Assembly: GCA_963800775.1 (NCBI GenBank)
Contig: CAWDCQ010000019.1
Location: 400-64,399 of the forward strand
Source of the DNA: an uncultured Methanomassiliicoccales archaeon
Lineage (GTDB): Archaea > Thermoplasmatota > Thermoplasmata > Methanomassiliicoccales > UBA472
Direction: 5' to 3'
DNA length: 64,000 nucleotides
Of this stretch, positions 20,746 to 31,206 are shown piece by piece; within the stretch, counting starts at the first letter, position 1, and each line of letters begins with the position of its first letter. The position numbers and the translations under genes are program-made. The notes below the pieces were generated by a model. That model saw only the letters and a list, made by a program, of their open reading frames with translations, was not told the DNA's origin and did no database searches.

Positions 20746-21015
20746 GTATTTCTGTCAACTGTCCATTCTGGTAGGTATTATCCAACGCCTCTAGTATGCT
20801 GGGATAGGTCCCTGGTCTTTGCCTCGGGCTGACCGGCTTTGCGGAACGATCAGTTCAGCCCAACCTCCGGCCAGGCCTAACGCTGCGCATTGCATCGCGA
20901 TGACCACATGCTGTCCAAAGCCATGATCAATGGTTCACTGGCGACACTGTCAGCCCACGGAACGATCTCATCGATAATGCATCTGTAGACGTTAAGTTCA
21001 GCCTGACGTCATCTG

Positions 21016-21267
21016 TCATTTCTTGTTCTTCTCGAACCATTTCTTGGCGTCGTCCATTTTCCAGCCCTTCTCCTTGGAGAACAGAAAGCTTAGGACCTGC
21101 GTCCCGACCTCGCATTTTTTGGAATCGTAGTTGCCTTTCGGGCATCCCACCAGCGCCTTGATCCCCTTGTCTTCGTCCAGGGTTATGGTGCGGATCGAAT
21201 CCTTGTCAAAATTGTCAGTGCTCTCGTGGCCGCTCCTGATGTAATCCTTTGTCTCTTCCCAGGGCAT
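21016..21267 (-). CDS. Small hypothetical protein (83 aa)
   Basis: Intact ORF with normal composition (MPWEETKDYIRSGHESTDNFDKDSIRTITL..KGWKMDDAKKWFEKNKK). No family assigned. Confidence 0.5.
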   Translation of the reverse strand: MPWEETKDYIRSGHESTDNFDKDSIRTITLDEDKGIKALVGCPKGNYDSKKCEVGTQVLSFLFSKEKGWKMDDAKKWFEKNKK

Positions 21268-21407
21268 CTAAAACACCGGTGGCTATCCGACAATCCACTG
21301 TACATCAATCTATTCCGCCCCGGCAGCGATAATGTGCTGAGTTGCCGTGCAGCTGATGCGTTGGCAAGATCTGCCCGAGATCTAGGGAGGATCCCGACTT
21401 TGAGGCC

Positions 21408-21949
21408 TTACTTGGAGTTGAACCCCACCAGGATCGAGGCCAGCTTGGGGTCGTCCTCCAGGTTGTAGTTCGTCTTGATGACTATGTCGCTCGGGGGCGA
21501 TGGGCTGCAGGAGACCACCTCGGTCACTCCTTTGATCGTCGTCAGATTCCGGGAAAGACACCGGAGGCATCATCCAGTGCTCTCTGGACACCTGCTTCTT
21601 GTCGGTAAATACCACGAAGTCCTGGCAGAGGAACATGACATTATCCATGTCCTTGTAGCGCTGGTGTTCTCCGGGAAGGACTTCGGTCCCTAGGATCATG
21701 CCGTCGTCGTCAAGCATGAAAACCGTCGGCTCCGGTGGCGGCCGGAACGTCACGTCCTTGATGATGCAATCACGTGGTCCTTCTTCATTGCTCCTCGAGG
21801 CCCACGTTGAACACCTTCGTCCCCATCTGGGACTTGACACCTCTTTCGGCCTCTAGTATCTCTTCGATGTCCTTCTTGGTCAAAGGGAAGACTATGCGGG
21901 TTCCTTTCATTCCCTTGATGATAATGAGTGCCTCATCAATCGCTGCCAT
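21408..21949 (-). CDS. Hypothetical ~180-aa protein, paralogue of 26203..26770; frameshifted (~21790, ~21520)
   Basis: MAAIDEALIIIKGMKG..KDIEEILEAERGV | CIIKDVTFRPPPEPTVFMLDDDGMILGTEVLPGEHQRYKDMDNVMFLCQDFVVFTDKK | NLTTIKGVTEVVSCSPSPPSDIVIKTNYNLEDDPKLASILVGFNSK. The last segment was translated by hand. Confidence 0.5.
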
Positions 21950-22034
21950 CACTACCCAGAATGGCCTATCGAATAATATATGCTTTCCCCGACGGACGGA
22001 CGTGGATCTGCTAGAGTGGCCGTTAACTGCAAAC

Positions 22035-22325
22035 ATGAGTCTGGAGCTCATCTCGAAGCAGCAGCCAGAGGTCGTTGCCGCGCTGTACAAGCTCAAAGGT
22101 ACGGTGTTCAAGGAGGGGGCGCTCAGCGTCAAGGAGAAGGAACTGATCGCCGTGGCGGTCACCGCGCTGCTCAAGTGTGACGAATGCATCGTTCTGCACG
22201 CCAAGAAGGCGATGGAGGCCGGGGCCACCAAGGACGAGCTCCGCGAGTCGCTCCTGGTGGCCATGTTCCTCGCCGGTCCGAGCGACCGTTATTTGGAGCG
22301 ACCAATCGACGAGATCATCGGCTGA
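22035..22325 (+). CDS. Carboxymuconolactone decarboxylase / AhpD-like small protein
   Basis: MSLELISKQQPEVVAALYKLKGTVFKEGALSVKEKELIAVAVTALLKCDECIVLHAKKAMEAGATKDEL. CxxC in the AhpD-like position. The ORF upstream of this Met looks non-coding. Confidence 0.7.
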   Translation: MSLELISKQQPEVVAALYKLKGTVFKEGALSVKEKELIAVAVTALLKCDECIVLHAKKAMEAGATKDELRESLLVAMFLAGPSDRYLERPIDEIIG

Positions 22326-22329
22326 TGTT

Positions 22330-22671
22330 CTAGCTTTCGAACGTAAGGGTACGCTTCTCTTCAGGCCCATCCCGGTGACCACTTCCCCGGCCTTGATCAT
22401 GGCCATGGGGACAGGGCAGGCGCTGTGCTTGAGGAACTTGCCCCATCTCGTAAATGGGGTTCTCCCCGAACGGCATCTTCATGATGTCGAACATGCGAAA
22501 AGAGGCATCTCCTCGTTCATCTTCTTGACATGCGGGCACGAGCTCTGGATGCTGTAAGACAGACGGTCTGTCTTGGTCCATGGTGACGCTCGATCTTGTC
22601 TGAACTGACAAACTCCCAGTTCGGAGCATTACCGCCACGACCGGACCCGCCTTTGCTAGGACTTCGTCCAT
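22330..22671 (-). CDS. Hypothetical protein, probably frameshifted
   Basis: Sense segments LQHPELVP / HVKKMNEEMPLF / RMFDIMKMPFGENPIYEMG are found by hand in adjacent frames. No family recognised. Confidence 0.3.
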   Translation of the reverse strand: MDEVLAKAGPVVAVMLRTGSLSVQTRSSVTMDQDRPSVLQHPELVPACQEDERGDASFRMFDIMKMPFGENPIYEMGQVPQAQRLPCPHGHDQGRGSGHRDGPEEKRTLTFES

Positions 22672-22744
22672 GCCCTACGCATGAATGAATGGAATAGAAA
22701 TGCCTTTGGCATCGTTGGCATTTTCTGTGGAAGCACCCCGGAGG

Positions 22745-23710
22745 TCAGAACCTGTCCTTTCGGGTCTTGTTGAGCATCTCGAAGACCGCGCCCTTGCCCA
22801 CATCGAGCGTTCCGATGACCGCTATCGCCTCTTTCTTGCGCATGATCGGGACGACCACCACGGGCAACCCGCGGAACGGACCGGTGGTTGCCGTCTTCCT
22901 GATGATGGTGTTCCGCTTGAGCGATTCCTCCAGCAAAGGACCGGTGAAGTTCGTGTCCACCACCTCTCCCTCGTCGCACCTTACGCCATAATGGTTCTTG
23001 CTCCGCATGGTGACCGGGAGCCGTCCCAGCAGTTCATGTATCGCCAGGGTGAGGCACTTGAGCTCGTCCGCCTCGGTGTCCTGTGAAAGCAGGTTGGTGC
23101 CCTCGTTCCAGCACCGCCGGGATTGGTTTCCCAGGGCAAGCGCCGAGGTCACCGCGCCTTTCTCTGCCGCCTCGTAGGAGAAAGCAGAGCCGATGATGAC
23201 GACGTCGCCGTCCTCTATCTTGAACTTGCTGCGCAGCGGGGAAACGGTCTCCTGGTCGGGGAAATCCTCGTCCCCCGGGAACACGATCTTGCCATCCTTG
23301 ACGATCAGCGTGGTCGCGCCGACCGCTCCGCCCGGACCGCCTCATCACGCTGCTCGCAACCCATCTTGATCCGGTGGGCCATGCCCTTCACCAGCACGGC
23401 GCAGTTATGCTTGCCGAGGGTAAGGTCGGACATGTCCACCGACGCCACTTCCACCCCGGACGTGTCCAGCTTCTTTCTTCCCCGGTCGGTGATGACCGTC
23501 CCCATTCTGGTGTTCTCCACTGACCCTTCCCGCACCATCTTGTCCAGTATGGTGCGGATGCTGCCCTTCCCCTATCTGGAGCGCATCCGCCAAGGCCTTT
23601 CGCCCTATCGGACCTTGGCTGTCAATGACCTGATAGGCCTTCCAGATGTGGAAAAGACTGAATTTGGGTGTAGGTCCACCGGCAAAATAGGAGTTGAACG
23701 CCAATGACAT
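22745..23710 (-). CDS. Archaeal wHTH protein with DUF4443-like N-terminal and DUF2111-like C-terminal halves (family names from memory); frameshifted (~23545, ~23310)
   Basis: MSLAFNSYFAGGPTPKFSLFHIWKAYQVIDSQGPIGRKALADALQIGEG | SIRTILDKMVREGSVENTRMGTVITDRGRKKL..RDEAVRA | GGAVGATTLIVKDGKIVFPGDEDF..LTLAIHELLGRLPVTMRSKNHYGVRCDEGEVVDTNFTGPLLEE..GLPVVVVPIMRKKEAIAVIGTLDV. Confidence 0.6.
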
Positions 23711-23712
23711 TG

Positions 23713-23735
23713 TGGATGGATATATAATCCATCCA
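23713..23735. promoter_or_regulatory. Inverted repeat TGGATGGAT-ATATA-ATCCATCCA, 3 nt upstream of the wHTH gene ATG and 228 nt upstream of atwA
   Basis: Read directly from the sequence. The arms are identical to the palindrome at 16092..16110. The spacer contains TATATAA. Confidence 0.55.
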
Positions 23736-23962
23736 TTTAAACCTTTTTTTGGTCGATTTTCCACCCTTAGGAACGTGTCGACCACTGGCCTGAGAAAGCG
23801 AACATTCTGGTTTTTAAAGAACCATCCCGCAAAGTTAAAAGAGGAAGGGCCTAGATACTAATCCATGGACCCAACATCAGGTTGCCGATAGTTAACAAAG
23901 TTAACGATAATTGACCATCTGGGAGTAAGTATATTAAGACTGTTTAATCATCCGGGAGTGAT

Positions 23963-25599
23963 ATGTCCGAGAATAGTGAGATTTTTGTCGTTGTGGACAA
24001 TATCAGCAAGATCTTCAGCGGCACCCAGGTGCTCAGGGACATCAGCACCACCATCAGCGTAGGCGAGGTCTGGGCCTGATAGGAAGGAGCGGCTCCGGCA
24101 AGTCCGTACTGATCCATGCGCTGAGGGGTAGCGAGGAATACCGGCCCACTTCCGGCAAGATAGTCTACCGCGTCAACCATTGCGAAAAATGCAATCGCGT
24201 GGACCTGCCCGAGCTGGGCAAGAACTGCACCCGGTGTGGCGGGCCGACCCACATCGAAGAGGTCGATTTCTGGGGGCTGGACGAAAGGGACCCGATGCGC
24301 ATGGCGGTCAAGGAGCGCATCGCGATCATGCTCCAGCGCTCCTTCGCACTGTACGGGGACATGTGGGTCATCGAGAACATCTTCGAGGCCTTCCCCTCTT
24401 TCATCGACGAGAAGGCCAAGATACAGCGGGCCATAGAACTGCTTCAAATGGTCAACATGACCCACCGCACCACTCACATGGCCCGGGACCTTTCCGGGGG
24501 CGAGAAACAGAGGTGCGTCCTGGCCCGTCAGCTTGCCCGCGAGCCGATACTGTTCCTGGCGGACGAGCCGACCGGGACCTTGGACCCGCAAACCGCGGAG
24601 ATCGTACACAAGGCCTTGATCGAGGCGGTCAAATGCCAGGGCATGACCATGGTGGTGACCTCGCACTGGCCCAAGGCCATTGCCAGGCTGTCCGACAAGG
24701 CGATCTGGCTGGAGTCTGGTGAAATGGTGAAGAGGGGCAGCCCGGAGGAAGTGGTCAAGGAGTTCGAGGTCGGGTTCGAGAAGACCACCGAGATGCTGGT
24801 ACCGGTGGGTCAGCCGATCATCAGGTGCACCGACTGCCAAGAAGTATTTTTACTCCATCGTTCGCGGCGTGGTAAAGGCGGTCGACGGGGTCTCGTTCGA
24901 TGTCAAGGAGAAGGAGATATTCGGACTGGTGGGCCTGAGCGGCGCCGGAAAGACCACCATGTCCAACATGATCTCTGGTCTCACTCCCGCCACCGGAGGC
25001 AAGGTGGAGGTCCGGATCGGCGATGACTGGATTAACATGGCGGAGCTGGGGGAGTTCGGCCGGGGCCGGGCGACGTCCTACATCGGCATGCTGCACCAGG
25101 AGTATAGCCTGTACCCGTTCAACACCATCCTGCAGAACCTGACCGTATGCATCGGCATGAAGATGCCCGCCGAACTGGCCAAGATGAAGGCCATCCAGGT
25201 CCTGAGCGGCGTGGGATTCCTGTCGAAGGACATAGACCGCATCCTCTACGCATTCCCGGAGACCCTTAGCGTCGGGGAGAAGCAGAGGGTGGCGATGGCC
25301 CGGGTGCTTATTGCCGAACCCGAGGTTCGTGATCCTGGACGAGCCGACCGGCACCATGGACCCGATAACCCGGGTCTCGGTGGCCAAGTCCATCCTGAAC
25401 GCACGTAAGGAGCTCAGGGGAGACCTTCATGATAGTCAGCCACGACATGGACTTCGTCACCGACTGCTGCGACCGGGTGGCGCTCATGAAGGGCGGCAAG
25501 GTCATCGCCCTCGGGGACCCGAAGGAAGTGGTCGCCAACCTGACCGAGGCCGACCTGGTCGGGGATCCCGGCCCAGTGACCTGCGGGGTAAACCCGTGA
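23963..25599 (+). CDS. atwA: MCR system component A2 (double ABC-ATPase); four frameshifts (~24070, ~24840, ~25318, ~25412)
   Basis: Two ABC cassettes: [10 protein letters not shown] (after frame repair)..[27 protein letters not shown], and [38 protein letters not shown] Cys-rich insert CEKCNRV..CTRCGG sits in cassette 1. Ends ..[12 protein letters not shown] with TGA at 25597. Confidence 0.85.
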
Positions 25600-26198
25600 A
25601 GGAGAGCATCGGTCGCAAGACCCGGTTCGTGGAGTGCCGGGAGGCGCGGGGTCTCGGTGTCGGGGGCAGTCTGGCCCAGAAGGCCACCATCTCCGAGAGC
25701 GGAAGGCAGGTGGTGGCGGTGGCCATGGGCCCGGGGAAGCGGCATATCACCAAGCCGGTGTGCGAGATCACCTACGAGCTCAGGGAAGAAGGGATCGACA
25801 CCAGTGTCATCGTCATCAACGCCGGCTCGGGCGTACCGGTCGATGCGCCGGACGCCTCGACCGGTTCCATCTTCGGCCTGGACGAGATCGAGATCAAGAG
25901 GATGCAGCAGTTCCGCATCGCCCTGATCCACCTAGGCAACGTGAAGGCGCACATCATCTACAAAGCCCGGCTCATCCTCAGGAACGTGGACATGCCGGCG
26001 GTTGTGGTGTGCCAGGCGCCGGTGGACTTTGAGGATTTCGCCCGCATCGGGGTCAAGACCCGGTACGTCATGCCCAAGCCCGAGAACATCGGGACCAAAG
26101 GGGAGATAGTGGAGATCGTGACCGGCGTCATACGCGGGTCGACCATATCCCAGTCCAAGCTGGACGAGATAGTCTCCAAGGTCAAGAAGCACATCTGA
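25596..26198 (+). CDS. mcrC: MCR operon protein C homologue, GTGA start/stop overlap with atwA
   Basis: [95 protein letters not shown]. Confidence 0.85.
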   Translation: MKESIGRKTRFVECREARGLGVGGSLAQKATISESGRQVVAVAMGPGKRHITKPVCEITYELREEGIDTSVIVINAGSGVPVDAPDASTGSIFGLDEIEIKRMQQFRIALIHLGNVKAHIIYKARLILRNVDMPAVVVCQAPVDFEDFARIGVKTRYVMPKPENIGTKGEIVEIVTGVIRGSTISQSKLDEIVSKVKKHI

Positions 26199-26202
26199 CG
26201 TT

Positions 26203-26770
26203 TCATTCTTTGACGTTGAAACCGATGATGTGGGTCCAGTGCTTCGTATGGGTATATCCCCGTTCGAACCTTACCCAATCGTCCCCGATGGTGGAGATGC
26301 TGCCGGACGTCACATCCTGCACTCCCTTGATCTTGTCCAGGAAATGGAACTCCAGCTCCGGTAGGACGAAATAAGGCTCGCCCACCATGGCCTTATCCCC
26401 GTAGATGATGAAATCATTGCTGATCCTGCATACGTCGTCACGGTCCTTGAACTGCTCCTGGCGGTCGGGGGTCAGATACTCTCCGATGACCTGCTTGTTC
26501 TGGTCCTCGATGTAGACGATGTTGAACTGGTCACCGATGAGCGGGATGGAGGAGCCGATCACTATGACGAGCACTACCTCTCTGCTCATCGTCGCCCAAA
26601 CCCCGCGGTTGATGAACGGCATCGGCCGCCGCACGCCCCATGGGACTCGGCCTCCCTTTCGATGGACTCCAGGCGGGACCTGTGGCCGGGTCCAATAACC
26701 AGACGTCCATCACGCCGGGGATGGCGCGGAGCGTTTCTTCGACCTGTCTCAGGATCGCCTCTTTGTCCAT
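26203..26770 (-). CDS. Hypothetical ~189-aa protein, paralogue of 21408..21949; frameshift at ~26640
   Basis: MDKEAILRQVEETLRAIPGVMDVWLL.. | ..IVYIEDQNKQVIGEYLTPDRQEQFKDRDDVCRISNDFIIYGDKA..LDKIKGVQDVTSGSISTIGDD..HIIGFNVKE. Shares the core and the GFN(S/V)K end with 21408..21949. Confidence 0.5.
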
Positions 26771-26939
26771 GGGTATCAAGAGCGGTGCATTGTCTATAAA
26801 ACAGTTGCAGGGTGTGCCCAACGCGAAGGCGGTAGCTCAGTCCTCCCACGGGTCTGACCTTCGATCACCTGGAACCCCATTTACGGTAGCCGGGTAGCAA
26901 GGATTATTAACGGTCTGAAGCATCACATGGAAGGACCAG

Positions 26940-28571
26940 ATGAGAATACTTGTCAATGGCAGGTCGGTGGAAGCACCGGAAGGGGCGGCGGTCGGCGACG
27001 TGATCGCGGGAGAGCCCTACACGCCTGGGACCATGGTGGCGGTCATCCGCCCTATGGACAAGGTCCGGAAAGAGACCGACGAGTACAAATTCACGACCAC
27101 AAAGGGGTCGTTCGTCCTCAAGCTGAACTCCTCGGATGCGGCCAACGCCTGGAGGGCAGTTTACGCGCAGACGGTCGACAAGTCGGTGCGCTGGGCCACC
27201 TCCAAGGTCCTGGCGGTCGGCTCGTTCCCGACCAAGCTCACCGCGGTCATGGGCAAGGCGAAGTATTCCAGATACGAAGCATTCCTTTCTCTGGGCGGTT
27301 TCGATCCCAATACCACTTACATCATGCTAGCCCGGTCCGACCATGAAGGAGAGTATGGCCTGGCGGGAGGGGTGATCGGACACATCACCAAGGGACGGCA
27401 TGTCCTCTCCGCACTGAAGGAGGCGGACAAGGTGCTGGAGGTCAGCCCCATCGTCCTCGAGCTGAGCTCCAAGGACGCCTTCGCCACCACCGACCTGGGG
27501 ACCAAGCTGGAGGACGGTATGAGCGTGGAGTCCTATGTCCGGGTAAAACTGGACAAGCGTTCGCCGGTCAGCTGCGAGCATTTCCTGGTCTCGGTCAGGT
27601 CCGGCACCCTGAAGCTCACCGAGCGCACCGCCTCCTACACCGCCAGCTCCAGCAGCATGGACGTTTCCCTGATCGCCGAGGCCAGCGATATCCGGCAGCC
27701 GGACATGGTGACGGTCAGGAACAGCGGCTCCGGGACCGGCCGCATATACATCTACAAGCTGCGCCGCCAGATCAACCCGAGCCACAGCACGGTAGGAATG
27801 GCGGTGGCCGGTGAACAGCTGATACACCTGGTGCCGGAACACGCCGAGGTCACCGTCGTCACCGACCCGGAACGGATCATGACCATAGGCCTGACCCAGG
27901 ACCAGGCCATGGCATTCCTGGAGTCCAAAGGTCTGATGCAGAAAAGGACCGGGGACGGCGCCGGCGACAGCATGGTGGTGGAGCAGGAGCCGGAACTGAC
28001 CATGGATGCGGCCATCTCTCCGGAGGTCGAGACCTTCGGCGTGCGGCCCGACCAGATAAGGGACGTGTTCCTGGCCGATGACGTCGCGCCCACCACGGCC
28101 CACTATATCCGCAAGATGACCGGGATGGACCACAAGCCCATAGGAACCATGAAAGTGCATTTCACGTTCGAAGGGATGCCGCTGGTGACGTTCGAGGGAA
28201 ACGCCTCGGTCGCCTCAGGCCTGATCCCGGAGAACACGTTCATCATCGAGAAGGGAGTGGCCCGGGGGGAGATCGGCGTGACCAACATGGCCCGGCCCAA
28301 CCGCGGCCTGATGGGCGTGCGTCTCGAGGCGAGCAATGAGTTCGGACCCACCGGAGAGGAGGACCACGGGACGAACATGGCGGGATATGTGGTCTCCGAC
28401 CTGAACGCCATGATGTCAGGCCTTAAGGACGGCGACATAGTCTATGTCCGCGAGGTCCCCCGGCCGGCGGCCCCCAAGGCCAAGAAGGCCCGGGCGAAGC
28501 CGGCGGAAAAAGCGGAAGGGACGAAGTCCAGCCCGAGGAAGAGGGTGAAGAAGAATGACCCAGCAAAGTGA
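26940..28571 (+). CDS. mmp3: Methanogenesis marker protein 3 (UPF0288), intact 543 aa with Lys/Pro-rich tail
   Basis: MRILVNGRSVEAPEGAAVGDVI.. The size and N-terminus are typical of Mmp3. It is the first gene of a tightly coupled marker block. Confidence 0.7.
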   Translation: MRILVNGRSVEAPEGAAVGDVIAGEPYTPGTMVAVIRPMDKVRKETDEYKFTTTKGSFVLKLNSSDAANAWRAVYAQTVDKSVRWATSKVLAVGSFPTKLTAVMGKAKYSRYEAFLSLGGFDPNTTYIMLARSDHEGEYGLAGGVIGHITKGRHVLSALKEADKVLEVSPIVLELSSKDAFATTDLGTKLEDGMSVESYVRVKLDKRSPVSCEHFLVSVRSGTLKLTERTASYTASSSSMDVSLIAEASDIRQPDMVTVRNSGSGTGRIYIYKLRRQINPSHSTVGMAVAGEQLIHLVPEHAEVTVVTDPERIMTIGLTQDQAMAFLESKGLMQKRTGDGAGDSMVVEQEPELTMDAAISPEVETFGVRPDQIRDVFLADDVAPTTAHYIRKMTGMDHKPIGTMKVHFTFEGMPLVTFEGNASVASGLIPENTFIIEKGVARGEIGVTNMARPNRGLMGVRLEASNEFGPTGEEDHGTNMAGYVVSDLNAMMSGLKDGDIVYVREVPRPAAPKAKKARAKPAEKAEGTKSSPRKRVKKNDPAK

Positions 28572-28986
28572 GACCAGGTACATCGTGATCGCGCCCAGCT
28601 CCTCCATCACACCGGACCAGATCACCCGCTTCATCCACACCATGGCGGTCGAGGTCCAGATCAAGGAGACCTGCTTCGGGGTCATCATCCAGGGCGAGCA
28701 GGAGGTGGTGGCCAAGGTGCTCGCCGAGGTCAGGAAGCTGGACCCTAACCGGCTTTTCTCCAAGGTGCGGGGCTACCCCATCGGTGACGCCCGCAGATGT
28801 CGGGCCGAGCACGGCTCCAGACCGGGCTTCACCCAGCTGGAGAAGGAATGGAGAGGCCACCTGCCGATTATCGAGGCCGGCCTGGAGTGCGCGGAGAAGA
28901 ACGGACCGGTGTGCGAGGTGCCGAAGCGGAAGAAGATCCCGGTCTCGGAGTTCAAGAAGATTTGCGACGAGGTGTGTCAACAATGA
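28555..28986 (+). CDS. mmp6: Methanogenesis marker protein 6
   Basis: 143 aa: ..[29 protein letters not shown].. Overlaps the mmp3 end by 17 nt and the next start by ATGA. Confidence 0.6.
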   Translation: MTQQSETRYIVIAPSSSITPDQITRFIHTMAVEVQIKETCFGVIIQGEQEVVAKVLAEVRKLDPNRLFSKVRGYPIGDARRCRAEHGSRPGFTQLEKEWRGHLPIIEAGLECAEKNGPVCEVPKRKKIPVSEFKKICDEVCQQ

Positions 28987-29419
28987 AGGTTTTCAAGTCC
29001 CCCCCAACAGCCTGATCCTTTTCGACCTCGTGGAACGTTTCGGGCACCAGCCCCTCAGCATAATGGGGGCGCTCAAGGAGAAGGTCACTTCCACGGAGAT
29101 AGAGTCGCCGCCCCTGAACGTCACCGTCGACGACGTCAAGAAAGGGCTGAAGTACGCCGGCATCGAGGTCCCGTCAGGCATACGCGGCCGGCTGGCGATC
29201 TACGGGCCGCTGATCGACGAGGCGGAGGCGGCGATTTTCATGGAGGACGCGCCTTATTCGTTCGGCTGCGTCGGGTGCGCCCGCACCAACGAGATGGTCA
29301 AGCTCCTGGTGCGGAAGAGGAAGATCCCGCTGCTGGAACTGGAATACCCCACCAACGACGAAGAGGCGAAGGTCGCGGTGAAGAAAGTGAAGGAGTTCCT
29401 GGAGGGATTGAAGAAATGA
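28983..29419 (+). CDS. mmp5: Methanogenesis marker protein 5; frameshift in or next to the C7 run 28999-29005
   Basis: MKVF.. then (next frame) [47 protein letters not shown]. Confidence 0.65.
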
Positions 29420-30647
29420 TCAAGATCGCACAGTTGTCCTGCGGGACGGAGTACTCCGGGGTCCAATCGGAGATAGAGCACGCCGCCGGGGCGGTGGGTG
29501 GGAAGATGGTCTATCCGGACGTCGATCTGGAGAACATCAAGTCCGCCATCGACAAGTTCGGGTTCAACCCGGTCTCCCCCCAGCTGAAACTGATGATCGC
29601 CCGGGGGATCAACCTGGCAGAGGGACATTACGACGCTGATGCGGTGTTCATCGCGTCCTGCTTTCGCTGTGCCGAGGCGGCGCTGGTACGTACGGAACTG
29701 AGGAAGTACATCCAGGAGCACACCCGAGCTGCCGGTGGTCACATACTCTTTCACAGAGAGGACCAAGTCCGCCCAGATGCTCACCCGGATGGAGGCCCTG
29801 GTCACCATCGTGGAACGGAAGGAGCTGCTGGCCCGGGAGCGCCAGGTGGGCCTTACCGCCGGCATAGACTCCGGGTCGTCCACCACCAAGGCCATGGTGA
29901 TGCGCGACAACGAGATCATCGGCAAGTTCTGGCTGCCGACCAACGACGTCTACGTATCGGCCGAGACCGCCCTGGAGAACGCGTTGAAGGAGGCCGGCGT
30001 CAAGCGGGAACAGCTCGGAGGCCATCGGCACCACCGGCTACGGCCGGTTCAGCCTGGGCAAGAAGTTCAACGCCAAGCTGGTGCAGGAGGAGCTGACCGT
30101 GAACTCGAAGGGCGCGGTGTGGTTGGCCGACCGGCAGAAGGGAGAGGCGACGATCATCGACATCGGCGGGATGGACAACAAGGCCATCACGGTCCGGGAC
30201 GGCATACCGGACAACTTCACCATGGGCGGCATCTGCGCCGGGGCGTCCGGGCGTTTCATGGAGATAGTGGCGAAACGTCTGCACGTGGAGATCACCGAAC
30301 TGGGGACGCTGGCGGACAAGGGCAACTACCGCAATGTCCCGATGAACTCGTACTGCTCGGTGTTCGGCACCCAGGACCTGGTGACCTCGCTGGCCGGCGG
30401 GGCGTCCATGGAGGACGTGGCCGCCGCCGCATGCCACTCGGTGGCGGAACAGATCTTCGAGCAGCAGCTGCAGGAGATCGATGTGCGCTACCCGGTCATC
30501 CAGGTGGGCGGGACATCCCTGATCAGCGGCATGGTCCGGGCCATGGAGGACACCCTCGGGCAGCGCCCCATCGTACCGCCGCACTCCCAGTACATCGGGG
30601 CCGCGGGAGCGGCCTTGCTGTGTTCAGGATTGATAGAGGGACATTGA
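29416..30647 (+). CDS. mmp15: Methanogenesis marker protein 15 (BadF/BcrAD-type ATPase fold); frameshifts at 29723-25 and 30017-18
   Basis: [26 protein letters not shown] | [39 protein letters not shown] | [50 protein letters not shown]. Confidence 0.8.
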
Positions 30648-30648
30648 G

Positions 30649-31206
30649 ATGGAGATCATCGTGGAGGGGCCGGAAAGCTTCGCGAACGACAGCTACACGC
30701 AGCTGCTGGAACGGACGCTGGTCGACATGGGCATCACGACCTCGATCGAGAAGGTGAAGATGATCATACGTCCGGCCGAGCCCCTCTTCATCATCTCCAT
30801 CCGCACCCGAAAGGCCGGCGGTTCCCGGATGGTGTCGGAGATATCCACGATCGAGGAGAAGGAGGGCGGGACGTTCATAGCCATCAACGACGAGAACTTC
30901 GCCCCCCGCCTGCTCTCGCTGCTGTGGAGGACGTTCGGCAGGGAGCGTATCGAGCAGGTGACCAGGCTGGAGATATTCGCCAAAGGGGCGACCGCCAAGG
31001 ACATCGAGTCGCTCAAGCTGGACCCCGAGGAGGAGCTGAAGAAGAAGCTGCTCGACGCCGTCTGGAGGATACTGCCGGAAGGGCTCAAGGTCCGGCACGA
31101 GGTGGCCTCCGAGACCTCGATGACCATCACCTCCACCGAAAGGACCCTCACGCCGGAACAGATCGCGCTCGGAGTGGCGACGGAGAAGGAAATGGAGGCC
31201 CCCTGA
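30649..31206 (+). CDS. mmp17: Methanogenesis marker protein 17
   Basis: Intact 185 aa. Positioned between mmp15 (1-nt gap) and mmp7 (TGATG overlap). Number assigned from size and order. Confidence 0.6.
   Translation: MEIIVEGPESFANDSYTQLLERTLVDMGITTSIEKVKMIIRPAEPLFIISIRTRKAGGSRMVSEISTIEEKEGGTFIAINDENFAPRLLSLLWRTFGRERIEQVTRLEIFAKGATAKDIESLKLDPEEELKKKLLDAVWRILPEGLKVRHEVASETSMTITSTERTLTPEQIALGVATEKEMEAP

Noticed and set aside
26829-26880. GCGGTAGCTCAGTCC..TTCGATCACC as a tRNA or tRNA fragment upstream of mmp3
   Set aside because: No acceptor stem, D-stem closure or T-arm can be drawn. The resemblance is limited to ~14 nt.
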